DNA of 64,000 nucleotides from an uncultured bacterium (GCA_965369655.1 CBDUQR010000012.1:1-64000), one strand, 5' to 3'; positions 51,354 through 59,822 are shown, counted from the stretch's first letter. The notes: a model not told the origin generated them from the letters alone. Numbers and translations are program-made.

Positions 51354-51496
51354 TTACAGAAAGCCTGACACTTGTGGTGTGTCCCGCATGCGGGCAAATC
51401 AATGTCTGTGTCGACGGTGGCGACGTCTGCGTATGTCCCGTATGCCATCAGGGAAACACCGTGACCGACGAAATCAGGATCGAGCTGTCGCGTTAG
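51350..51496 (+). CDS. 48-aa zinc-ribbon microprotein, absent from the ORF track
   Basis: MITESLTLVVCPACGQINVCVDGGDVCVCPVCHQGNTVTDEIRIELSR; ATGA overlap with the upstream stop; ends 3 nt before the next ATG. Confidence 0.7.
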   Translation: MITESLTLVVCPACGQINVCVDGGDVCVCPVCHQGNTVTDEIRIELSR

Positions 51497-51499
51497 CGT

Positions 51500-51769
51500 A
51501 TGAATGCAGGCAGCAAGGTCACTCGAAAGAAAGCAAAGTCGAGACGTCCTTCCGACTCCGAGATGCTCGAAGAGGTCCTGCAGGGGATCCACGAGAAGCT
51601 CAAGGAAAAGGGGTACGAACCAAAGGTCGCCGACTTTCTGAAAGTGCTCGAAATGAAGTACAAGCTCAAGTTGACCGACGACGGCAGACAAAAACTGCTC
51701 GATCTGATCGAGTCGGCTCGCCAAAAAGAGCTTGGCGGGAATGAGGAGGATTCTGATGAGGCTGATTAG
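51500..51769 (+). CDS. Small charged helical protein (candidate small terminase)
   Basis: 89 aa, basic N-terminus, helical; function inferred only from context. Confidence 0.55.
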   Translation: MNAGSKVTRKKAKSRRPSDSEMLEEVLQGIHEKLKEKGYEPKVADFLKVLEMKYKLKLTDDGRQKLLDLIESARQKELGGNEEDSDEAD

Positions 51770-52541
51770 ACTTGCGTCGGCTTGCTGTGCTGTTATCCTG
51801 TTGACATTCCCGGCAGTTGCCGAGACGCTGGTGCTTAATGACACGCTGACAGTGTTCGACGGTGAGATGTACGGCAGCACTGGATGCGATTCCGAATTCC
51901 CGGCCCGGAACTGTCAGTTCCTCAATCGAGGTGGTGCAGACTTCTTCACGGTCGGGAAAAGAGCAGCCCATGTCTCGACCGTCTGGCGGTCCCTCATGGG
52001 ATTCGACTTCTCAGACTTGCCAAACCATGAACTCGTCGAACTCGACTCCGTCATACTCACTCTCAAATGCATCGTCGTCTCACAATCAGACACAGTCCTG
52101 CACCTCGGCTTTCAGTCGCTGAAACACAACGTCATCGAAGGCTTCATCACCGGTTATATGGAATGGACTGACTCATCGTTCACATGGAGCGCGAGAAGCT
52201 TCGCCTTGAACATCGATACCGTTCTATGGCAGACCGGCGGAGTGAAGGGAGACGACGACCGTGAAGCGACCTATTACACAGCATCGACTCCGATCGACAC
52301 CGTCGGAACGTACAGAATCGATCTGACCGGTCTCTTCGAGCACTGGCTCGACAGTTCCGCAACTGAACGTTGGTGCGTCCTCGGCGATACTATCGCTCTT
52401 GCAGGGGGGCGACCTTACGCGCGAAAAGCATTCTGGTCATCGGAGACGACAACCCCGGCCGACCGACCCAAACTCGAAATATTTTACAAGACAACGGGGC
52501 GTCGTCATGAACATGTGCTTTCCGGAGGAATACTCAAATGA
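51756..52541 (+). CDS. Exported DNRLRE-like domain protein
   Basis: Signal peptide (..FPAVA-E); RSLMGFDFSDLP, FWSSE....RPKLEI. Confidence 0.65.
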   Translation: MRLIRLASACCAVILLTFPAVAETLVLNDTLTVFDGEMYGSTGCDSEFPARNCQFLNRGGADFFTVGKRAAHVSTVWRSLMGFDFSDLPNHELVELDSVILTLKCIVVSQSDTVLHLGFQSLKHNVIEGFITGYMEWTDSSFTWSARSFALNIDTVLWQTGGVKGDDDREATYYTASTPIDTVGTYRIDLTGLFEHWLDSSATERWCVLGDTIALAGGRPYARKAFWSSETTTPADRPKLEIFYKTTGRRHEHVLSGGILK

Positions 52542-54040
52542 ATACGTCTGCAAGACTGAAAATGCTGGCAATCATGCTGCTGTTGACGGCGATCATCATT
52601 CAGCGCGACGCCGCAGGCTTCGGAGTGTCGCCTGAGTTTGTCGGCAATGGGTCGGGTGACTCTGTTTATGTCACGTTCGTATCGATCGATACGACTTACT
52701 ATTCGGAGGTCAGAAATCTCGACAGTCTCGATATTCTCAGATACAAACCGGATGGTGTTTTGCTCGACTCGACATCGGAGGATGCCTCGAACGTGCTGAA
52801 TCCAACCAAGGGATTCTACAGGGCGGCCTTTCGCGCATCAGACGGCTCAGGCACAATGGGCGTCTACACGGTGGTTGTCCGCGGCTGGCTCGCCGGAAAG
52901 GAGAGAGGCATCGCATCCGGTGTGTATGAAGTGATCGATGAGAATATGGATGGATACCTCGGCAATCTCGATGCTGCGATCTCGTCGCGCGGGACCAGCA
53001 ATCTTACAGCGGCAGACAACATCGGAATCAACCTGGACGATGTCACCGGTACGCTCGATGCCTCTGAGATCGGGGATGACGCAATTACCAGTTCCAAGAT
53101 TGCTCCAGATGCTATCGGATCATCGGAGTTGGCGGATGGAGCCATCGGATGGACTGAGATCGCATCGAGTGCGCTGTCGTCGGTCAAGTTCCAGAGCGGC
53201 ACATTCACAGCGGAGAAGTTCGATACAACGTTCTTCAACGCCATCAGCGATACACTCTTCGGCGCCGACACCGCGCGCTATGCGACGGCTGGGACATACG
53301 GAGAACTGCTCAGTGAGCTCTTTACCCGTGACGACTTCGATTCAGCCTCTGTCGCCAGATCAGTCTGGGATAACGACGTTGTCGCTGAGATCGATCGAAG
53401 GATTCGCTATGCCGACAGCGTGGGGACGGTCCTGAATGTTCCGACATCCGGCTCGGGAGCCTATGCATGCAGCCTGTTCTATTTCGAAGCGAACGATACG
53501 ACCGCGATCCAGGGAGTATTCTCGAGGGCGATGAACAATACTCAGACTGCAACGGCAGGAGTAGGGCTCACGAATTCGGACGGTCTTGTGGTGATGTCCC
53601 TCGATGCAGCCATGTATCGGATATGGTCATATCTGACCGGATATACATTTGCGCCGTTACCTGACTCTGTGAGCGTTGCGAGTCCGTCAGTGGTGGATAC
53701 GATATGGGGAACGACGTTCGATCCGGGTGACCCGGTTTATCCATCGCTGTGTCGAGTGTATGGATGGGTGCGGGATCTCTCAGGCGTAGCGATCAGCGGG
53801 GCAACCGTTACAGCGAGCGTGAAACAAAGCCCGTTGAGATACGGATCGATTATCGTCTCGCCATATTTCAGGTCGACGGTATCCGACTCGACAGGGTATT
53901 GGTATCTCGATCTGCTGCCGTCTGCGAACCTTGACCCCGTGACAACAGCGTATTCGTTTTCGATCTACTACCTGACCGGAGCAATCGCTGTGAAAGAGGT
54001 CGCGGTACCTGATGAATCGAACTGGGAACTAAACTGGTAA
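52538..54040 (+). CDS. Exported protein with fibre-like repeats
   Basis: N-terminal hydrophobic signal; DAITSSKIAP/DAIGSSELAD/GAIGWTEIAS repeats; C-terminal CRVYG...SDSTGYW domain. Confidence 0.65.
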   Translation: MNTSARLKMLAIMLLLTAIIIQRDAAGFGVSPEFVGNGSGDSVYVTFVSIDTTYYSEVRNLDSLDILRYKPDGVLLDSTSEDASNVLNPTKGFYRAAFRASDGSGTMGVYTVVVRGWLAGKERGIASGVYEVIDENMDGYLGNLDAAISSRGTSNLTAADNIGINLDDVTGTLDASEIGDDAITSSKIAPDAIGSSELADGAIGWTEIASSALSSVKFQSGTFTAEKFDTTFFNAISDTLFGADTARYATAGTYGELLSELFTRDDFDSASVARSVWDNDVVAEIDRRIRYADSVGTVLNVPTSGSGAYACSLFYFEANDTTAIQGVFSRAMNNTQTATAGVGLTNSDGLVVMSLDAAMYRIWSYLTGYTFAPLPDSVSVASPSVVDTIWGTTFDPGDPVYPSLCRVYGWVRDLSGVAISGATVTASVKQSPLRYGSIIVSPYFRSTVSDSTGYWYLDLLPSANLDPVTTAYSFSIYYLTGAIAVKEVAVPDESNWELNW

Positions 54041-54063
54041 TCAATGATAGAAGGAGGATTCCA

Positions 54064-54402
54064 ATGATGTGGATCACAGATAACAGCGGACCAGCCATTG
54101 CGGTATTCGTCTGCTCTCTCCTGACGTCGGCACTGTATCTCGTCAGGAAGTACGTGATGCCGTTACTCAAAGTCGAACGGAACAGGAGATACGCCGAGTG
54201 GATCGCGAAGATAGCGGATGAGGTCACCGACGATCTGGTTGGGCGATATCCAGAGAAGGATTGGGCGAGGATGCTCGATGAGTTGGTCGATGGCGTTATC
54301 AGAATCTGTGGCGTGTCGCCTGAAACCGCCAGACGTGCAGCAGGCGCGGCTGTCGGCAGACGAAATGCAAAAGGACCAGACTCATCAGGCGGGAATAGTT
54401 GA
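54064..54402 (+). CDS. Holin-like single-TM protein
   Basis: RBS AGGAGG; one N-terminal TM then a helical charged domain; last gene of the cluster. Confidence 0.55.
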   Translation: MMWITDNSGPAIAVFVCSLLTSALYLVRKYVMPLLKVERNRRYAEWIAKIADEVTDDLVGRYPEKDWARMLDELVDGVIRICGVSPETARRAAGAAVGRRNAKGPDSSGGNS

Positions 54403-54942
54403 CTTGCGAAAATGTCTCGCGAACCTTATGCCATAGCTGGCAGCGGATATCCCGATCATTGCTGCGGCCAGTAGCAGCGAAGGCATCTTGAGAAGGCCGT
54501 AGTCTAATACGTAGACGAATGTCATAATGGCCATAGTCAGCGCAGTGAATTTGCCGATCATGTTCGAGGGGAGGATCAGATGCTGCCTGCTCATGAAGGC
54601 GAGAGAAAGTATCAGGACTGCGGTCTCGCGAGACAGGATGAGAATCAACGCCCAGAGCGGAAAGTCGGCGTAGATATGCAGGAAGATCAGCATCACACCG
54701 ACAGTCAGCTTGTCGGAGATCGGGTCGAGTAGCTTGCCGAGGTCCGAGCACTGATTGAGCTTGCGAGCCAGCACGCCATCGAGAACATCGGTTATGATCC
54801 CATACGCGATCAAAGCCGCCGTGTATATCCTGAGGTCGGGATTCTGCGTGCTGACAAAATATGCGGGCAGCGGCAACAGCATGATCCTGGTACTTGACAG
54901 GATGTTAGGTATGAGCAGGAAATCTCTGAGCCGTACTTGCAT
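54385..54942 (-). CDS. CDP-alcohol phosphatidyltransferase (PgsA-like)
   Basis: IPNILS..R, TDVLDGVLARK, GKLLDPISDK. Confidence 0.93.
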   Translation of the reverse strand: MQVRLRDFLLIPNILSSTRIMLLPLPAYFVSTQNPDLRIYTAALIAYGIITDVLDGVLARKLNQCSDLGKLLDPISDKLTVGVMLIFLHIYADFPLWALILILSRETAVLILSLAFMSRQHLILPSNMIGKFTALTMAIMTFVYVLDYGLLKMPSLLLAAAMIGISAASYGIRFARHFRKSTIPA

Positions 54943-55018
54943 TTCCTGAAGCTACAATCAGCATGCCGCTCAGTCAATTCAAAACATCGGGATATCCTGG
55001 ACAGGAGTAGCGGCCTCA

Positions 55019-57187
55019 TCAGCAGGGAGGCGGGCCGCCTCCGAAGATGTAGTTGATAATATAGACAATATCGTCGATGTCTATATTCCCGGAGCAGTCC
55101 GCATCGCCCGCCGCCAATTCCGGTATCGGTTCCGGTCCACCTCCGAAGATGTAATTGATGATGTAGACGACATCGTCGATGTCAACGGCGCCTGACCCAT
55201 CTGCGTCGCCCTTGACATAGCTGAGCGGGCATTCCCGCCGGAACCAGGCTGTTCCCTCGCCGAAGTTTCCGGTTATATCTATTCCTGTAGCGGAGAGCAT
55301 GTAAGCGCCCTCCGGTTTTACCGATGCGTCCCAGAAATATGACCAGCCATCGGATGGGTTGAAATCGCCGCCGATCACCTCGCGTGCGGTCGTGTCGACC
55401 CTTGTGTGGACTACCACGATTCTATCGACCGCGCGCATATTCCCCTGATACTCTACTGCCATAGTCGGTGTGTGGCGCAATGTCGAAGCGATCGACGCGC
55501 CTCCTCGGGTATCGTACAACATGCAGTCGAGATTATCGCCGTCCGGCGGCATTCTCAATTCTGTCAGCGCCAGCCAGTGGCCAATGGGTTCGCTTATGCC
55601 GAGAAGCAGCACGCCGTGACGGTATGCCATGTAATAGAGAAGTTTGTTCAGGTCGCATTCATCAAGCGTTTCCAGGATAAACTGATTTCCCTGTCTGTGG
55701 ATATGATCGTTCATCGTGGCGAGGAGATTATCATCCTGCGAACCGAGATTGAGCCTCACCCTCGACGAATCAGCTATCGCCTCGACCATTTCTCTTTCGG
55801 AGAGCGTGACCCCGCCAGACTGCATGAGTGCAGGATAGCCTCTGTCTGCGAAGTAGCTCAACAGACTCGCCATCACTGTCGGCCCGTTGTAGTAGTCGCC
55901 GAATTCACCCTGAGTATGCTGGTTGAGATCGAGAGTGTCGCCGTCGACATCGCCGTACCTGAACTGATTCAACAACGGAAGCGGAATGACGATCGTATCC
56001 GTCGTTTCACGAAGTTCAAACTGAACGAATGAGACATCTTCATCTGGAATAGTTGCCGCAAGAGTGATCGTATCGCATATCGCATCTACGTCCTGCGGAT
56101 TTGTGAGAACGGGACGCAGGGGAGTGTTATCAATAAAAAGATCTATGGTGTCCGCCGTGAAGTCCTGCGGGGTCCTGTAGAGCAGCGCCCTGACGGAGTA
56201 CCCGCCTTCTGCGACCCCGGCCAGATTCCACGTGACCGAGAATCCCGGGTTGATTGCCGCCGGACCGAATCCTCCACGGAGTGTCACCTCGGAAGAGTAA
56301 TCATCGCCGATCGGCAACCACTCGGCAATATTATAGTACTCGAAACTGCATTTCTCGTATGAAATCGTATCTTCGAGTTCTGCAGCATACAGCACGACGC
56401 TTCCCGCAACTTTCGAGCTGTCGAATGGGGAGTAGAGTCTGACAGCCGCCGATTCCGACTGACCTCCGCAGTTGTATCCACGCGTGTACATGACAATGTT
56501 GCCGGGAAAGTTGTAGTATGGGTTCGATACAAGATCGACATAGCCCTGACCCCAGTCGTTCCACGAGACACAGAGATACGGATCATTGTCGGCGATCAGA
56601 GACGGACCGAGAAGATACGTGTCGCCACCGAAGTAGCATCCTGCAAAATATGGGCCGTCGACTATGACCGGCTCATCCAACGGGACGACGATGAGAAAAT
56701 ATCCCTCACCCGGAATCTCGAAAGATTGATCTCCAGTTATCCCAAGAACCGGTCCCGGATATGGACAGTCAGGAGTTGATCCGAGCGAATCGATATCCTC
56801 TATGTCGGCTTGCACCCAGAGTATCCCGGCACTCAGGAACTGCATCTCGAAGATCAGTTCGGTCACGCAGAACGGGTAGGAGCAATCATTTCCGAGCAGA
56901 TCAACATCCTGATAGACTTTGTAAATCTCATCACCGGCGAGCCAGCTATCGATTGCCCAGTAGGACGATCCGACCATGCGCACGGTGCACTGCACTTCGG
57001 ATGTGAATGTTGGGCTAAGTTGCGGCCGCTTGTAGTCAATCGGAAAGAGCATTTCCGGGACAGCGAGAGTGTCGATCTGATTCTGAATTGATGATCGCTT
57101 GATCTCCGAAATTGTCTTTCGCTCTGCAATAGCCGATGATGCTGTCAGAAAGACGAGCATGATGATGAGAAATCGTTTCCAATCCAT
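55019..57187 (-). CDS. Secreted protein: Ig-like domains, C39-like domain lacking Cys, dockerin
   Basis: Signal peptide; YNGPT..A, GHW; duplicated GDAD.SG..DIDD.VY. Confidence 0.8.
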   Translation of the reverse strand: MDWKRFLIIMLVFLTASSAIAERKTISEIKRSSIQNQIDTLAVPEMLFPIDYKRPQLSPTFTSEVQCTVRMVGSSYWAIDSWLAGDEIYKVYQDVDLLGNDCSYPFCVTELIFEMQFLSAGILWVQADIEDIDSLGSTPDCPYPGPVLGITGDQSFEIPGEGYFLIVVPLDEPVIVDGPYFAGCYFGGDTYLLGPSLIADNDPYLCVSWNDWGQGYVDLVSNPYYNFPGNIVMYTRGYNCGGQSESAAVRLYSPFDSSKVAGSVVLYAAELEDTISYEKCSFEYYNIAEWLPIGDDYSSEVTLRGGFGPAAINPGFSVTWNLAGVAEGGYSVRALLYRTPQDFTADTIDLFIDNTPLRPVLTNPQDVDAICDTITLAATIPDEDVSFVQFELRETTDTIVIPLPLLNQFRYGDVDGDTLDLNQHTQGEFGDYYNGPTVMASLLSYFADRGYPALMQSGGVTLSEREMVEAIADSSRVRLNLGSQDDNLLATMNDHIHRQGNQFILETLDECDLNKLLYYMAYRHGVLLLGISEPIGHWLALTELRMPPDGDNLDCMLYDTRGGASIASTLRHTPTMAVEYQGNMRAVDRIVVVHTRVDTTAREVIGGDFNPSDGWSYFWDASVKPEGAYMLSATGIDITGNFGEGTAWFRRECPLSYVKGDADGSGAVDIDDVVYIINYIFGGGPEPIPELAAGDADCSGNIDIDDIVYIINYIFGGGPPPC

Positions 57188-57272
57188 ACTTTGGTTATCG
57201 CAAGAATCGCAGTTTTACTTTAGGGTTTGAGAGAAACCTGTGATCGTGAATGAGCGAAGGCTGTCTCTGTTA

Positions 57273-57395
57273 TGTCGTCCCCGTGCAGACCCATCGCAAG
57301 GCTCAGGATCGTACGGGGACCCATTGGAATGCGATACTGCTAAAATAGATTCCCGTGATATCCTGAGCACAGCGAAGGGCCTGCGCGGGAATGAC
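57273..57395. repeat. GTCAT/GTCGT-type REP doublet with two nested 19-bp inserts
   Basis: GTCGTCCCCGT...ACGGGGAC and ATTCCCG...CGGGAATGAC. Confidence 0.75.
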
Positions 57396-57500
57396 GGGTG
57401 CTGATTCGGTCACGAAGCGGGGGAGTCCTGATATGCAGGTGCACAGCCATGTCCGTGACGGCTGCACACCTGTGCGCAATGGCGGATCAGGGGATGCGCT

Positions 57501-57740
57501 CTAAGCCGCTGATACTCTATGCATTATCGCTGCTCTGGCCTGTCTCAGCCCTGATGCAGGAAACCTGATTTTGCGAAATGCTCTCAGGCATCGCAGAATT
57601 CTCTTGTGGCAATCCAGTCTGGCTTTCAGGGACGGATCGCTCCTGAGCATTTCCTCGAATCGCATCCGGTGCGATTCGGACAGCTCACCATCGAGATATT
57701 TGTTAATCATCTCATCCACGTTGCGGCAGTCTTTGGGCAT
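57501..57740 (-). CDS. Small anti-sigma-domain protein
   Basis: C....I..YLDGEL pattern directly downstream of the ECF sigma gene. Confidence 0.72.
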   Translation of the reverse strand: MPKDCRNVDEMINKYLDGELSESHRMRFEEMLRSDPSLKARLDCHKRILRCLRAFRKIRFPASGLRQARAAIMHRVSAA

Positions 57741-57759
57741 ATACGGTTCTCTTACTTCT

Positions 57760-58335
57760 CTACATGAAATCCTTTAGTTTGTTTTGCAACTTCTTCCTTG
57801 CGATATGCAAGTTCGATCTGACCGTTCCCTGCGGACATCCCATGATCTTTCCGATCTCGGACTTGGGCAGGCCGTCGATATCGTGAAGGATCAGGGTCGT
57901 CCTCTGTCTGTTCGGCAGCCCGGCAACCGCATGTTTCAGCGCCGCCCAGAGCTCGTTTCGTTCGACGACGGCGTCAGGCTTCATCCTGTGATCAGAAAGC
58001 TGAAGTCTGACGGAGGCCGGAAGCTCCGCTTCGTCATCGAGCGAGATATGTCGCCCATTGCGACGTCGCTTAACATCAATCGAGTAGTTCGTGGCGACCT
58101 TACAGACAAAGCTGGCGAATCCGGCCTCGTTTTTCAGTCGTCCAAGACTCTTGTAGACCCTGTAGAATGTCTCCTGCATCACCTCCAGAGCTTCCTCGGA
58201 GTTGCCGAGGATGGAGTACGCGATTGCCAGCACGCGGCGTTCGAAGGCTCGAACGATAATCTTGAATGCCCCTGAGTCGCCGTTCCTGCAGCGACTGATG
58301 GCGTCATGCAACTCCTCGCTCGACATAGCTACCAC
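57760..58335 (-). CDS. ECF RNA polymerase sigma factor
   Basis: GDSGAF, region 2 EVMQETF...ATNYSID, region 4 LPNRQR...GTVRSNLHIAR. Confidence 0.92.
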   Translation of the reverse strand: MVAMSSEELHDAISRCRNGDSGAFKIIVRAFERRVLAIAYSILGNSEEALEVMQETFYRVYKSLGRLKNEAGFASFVCKVATNYSIDVKRRRNGRHISLDDEAELPASVRLQLSDHRMKPDAVVERNELWAALKHAVAGLPNRQRTTLILHDIDGLPKSEIGKIMGCPQGTVRSNLHIARKKLQNKLKDFM

Positions 58336-58516
58336 CCGCCTTCCATCAGATATGACGCGGCAGACGTTATTATGTTGAATGGAATTGGGCGTAAGGTTTT
58401 GGGCTATGCGGCAGTAGCATTAATATGCTAATAAATATACGTTGATATGTCAAGGTTTAATTGGGGGAATTTCAAGACAACTGCCTCTCCCCCGAATTAG
58501 TGGACACCTCGATAAG

Positions 58517-58600
58517 TCTTGTAGCTCACGTCCACTTGGGACGTGAGAAAACCGTAATCCACTGGAAACCCACCCGACGCTTTGGCTATGGGTGGGCTAC
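58517..58600. repeat. GTAG-type REP doublet
   Basis: 31-bp exact reverse-complement match to 221-251; ends GGGCTAC. Confidence 0.8.
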
Positions 58601-58788
58601 CGGTTTTGCTTCGCAGAAGTGATTTCAACCGCTCATTGTCACTACACCAGTCCCAAATAGTCGAGTCTGAGTTAAGAACGATTATCTCTGTTCTTGAGCA
58701 ATACAATCTCATTACGATTGAGAATGATGAAGTGATATCTGTTACTGATTTGGGAGGCCGATATCTTATGAGTAGGAGAATGGTATAA
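58601..58788 (+). pseudogene. Possible winged-helix C-terminal gene remnant
   Basis: IISVLEQYNLITIE...VTDLGGRYL; no good start; abuts a REP. Confidence 0.35.
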
Positions 58789-58838
58789 TTGCGCACATGA
58801 AACCGCCAGTATTCATGCGGGGAAATTCAAAGTCAGCG

Positions 58839-59387
58839 CTACTTTTTCAATCTTTCCTTCTTCGTTGCCTTTCGCCTATCTGCACGGTTCATTCCCTTCG
58901 ATTTGCGGATTTTATCAGCAACCTTCTCTGGAAGCTCGGACATTCTCAGATCAGAGCATGGTATATCTAAGCTGAAAAGCCCGCTCTTCCCATGATACAG
59001 AAGTCGGGCATGTGCAAGAATATCGCGACCAATTAGCATGCCGTAAGGCTGATCCTTCAGGTTGGCATCTGTTACTCTGATCCTGGGGACATAAATTGGA
59101 CTGCCAGGAAATGCTACATCAACCACGTATTCGTTGGCTTCATATAGTCCGCTCGCACACAAACGTGACACACGTCTGATCGGTACCAACTCCAGCAACC
59201 CTGCTATATGATCAGAAATGACCGTCGAGGATGCCCCTGTATCGATGAGTGCCGTGGTCTTATGCCGAGGCTGCTCTCCTCTGGATTGTACTGCCACCTC
59301 AGGCAAGATAATTTCGGCCTCCATACACGGACCAGCTGCCTGAAGAACACTCTGATTAGTGATCCTGGTGTACGTGTTCTGCTGCAC
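58839..59387 (-). CDS. Retropepsin-like aspartyl protease
   Basis: ALIDTGAS, LIGRDIL. Confidence 0.88.
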   Translation of the reverse strand: MQQNTYTRITNQSVLQAAGPCMEAEIILPEVAVQSRGEQPRHKTTALIDTGASSTVISDHIAGLLELVPIRRVSRLCASGLYEANEYVVDVAFPGSPIYVPRIRVTDANLKDQPYGMLIGRDILAHARLLYHGKSGLFSLDIPCSDLRMSELPEKVADKIRKSKGMNRADRRKATKKERLKK

Positions 59388-59634
59388 TCAAAAGTCCAAG
59401 AGTAAGGTTGACGGGTGGTTCATGAGATTCTTCATGTCTGACGATCTGTCGGATAAGTATTTTCTCGGTGCCTGCTTCACTGACACCCTTCTCGTAAGCC
59501 TCAGAGAATTCGTCATACGCACCTATCAAATGTTGATCAAGAACCACACCCCACTTGCCTTCATGATCTCTCAGCAGTTCATCAAGATGTTCGTTGAACC
59601 ACTTATTTGCTACGTCCAGATAATCAGTGCTCAT
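59356..59634 (-). CDS. DUF5678-like small protein
   Basis: WF.EH..ELL..HEGKW.VV....IGAYD.F.EAYEKG. Confidence 0.7.
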   Translation of the reverse strand: MSTDYLDVANKWFNEHLDELLRDHEGKWGVVLDQHLIGAYDEFSEAYEKGVSEAGTEKILIRQIVRHEESHEPPVNLTLGLLSAAEHVHQDH

Positions 59635-59681
59635 ACGGAAAGCCTCGTTGTTGTTCATTAGAATGATACACTATAAGTATC

Positions 59682-59822
59682 GGTCTGTCCAGCAAAATCA
59701 TGAAGTCAACCCCCGCCTTCTTCGATTTCGCGCCGCCAGGAATCCTTTCCTGGCGGATTCCTGCGTCGGGAAGGGATTCCCGACGCCGCGTAACGCCGCG
59801 CACGGGTTTTTCAACAAACCCC
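59682..59822. repeat. Palindromic REP/MITE-like element
   Basis: Mutually inverted hairpins CCGCCAGGAA...TTCCTGGCGG and GCGTCGGGAA...TTCCCGACGC. Confidence 0.6.

Larger units (their letters stand above)
40299..54402 (+). mobile_element. Phage-derived head/packaging cluster, GTA-like or domesticated prophage
   Basis: Portal, TerL, protease, scaffold, decoration, MCP, adaptor, holin-like; no integrase, replication or tail-tube genes recognised; interrupted by host-type genes. Confidence 0.75.

Noticed and set aside
51379-51744. 121-aa Arg-rich ORF
   Set aside because: Off-frame composition; better explained by 51350-51496 plus 51500-51769.
50960-51880. 306-aa minus-strand ORF in the phage-like cluster
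   Set aside because: Antisense to coupled plus-strand ORFs that have an RBS or stop-start overlaps.
40299-54402. Intact inducible prophage
   Set aside because: No integrase, repressor, replication, tail or lysin genes and no att repeats recognised; the region is interrupted by host genes and REPs. A decayed prophage cannot be fully excluded, but the ORFs show no frameshifts.
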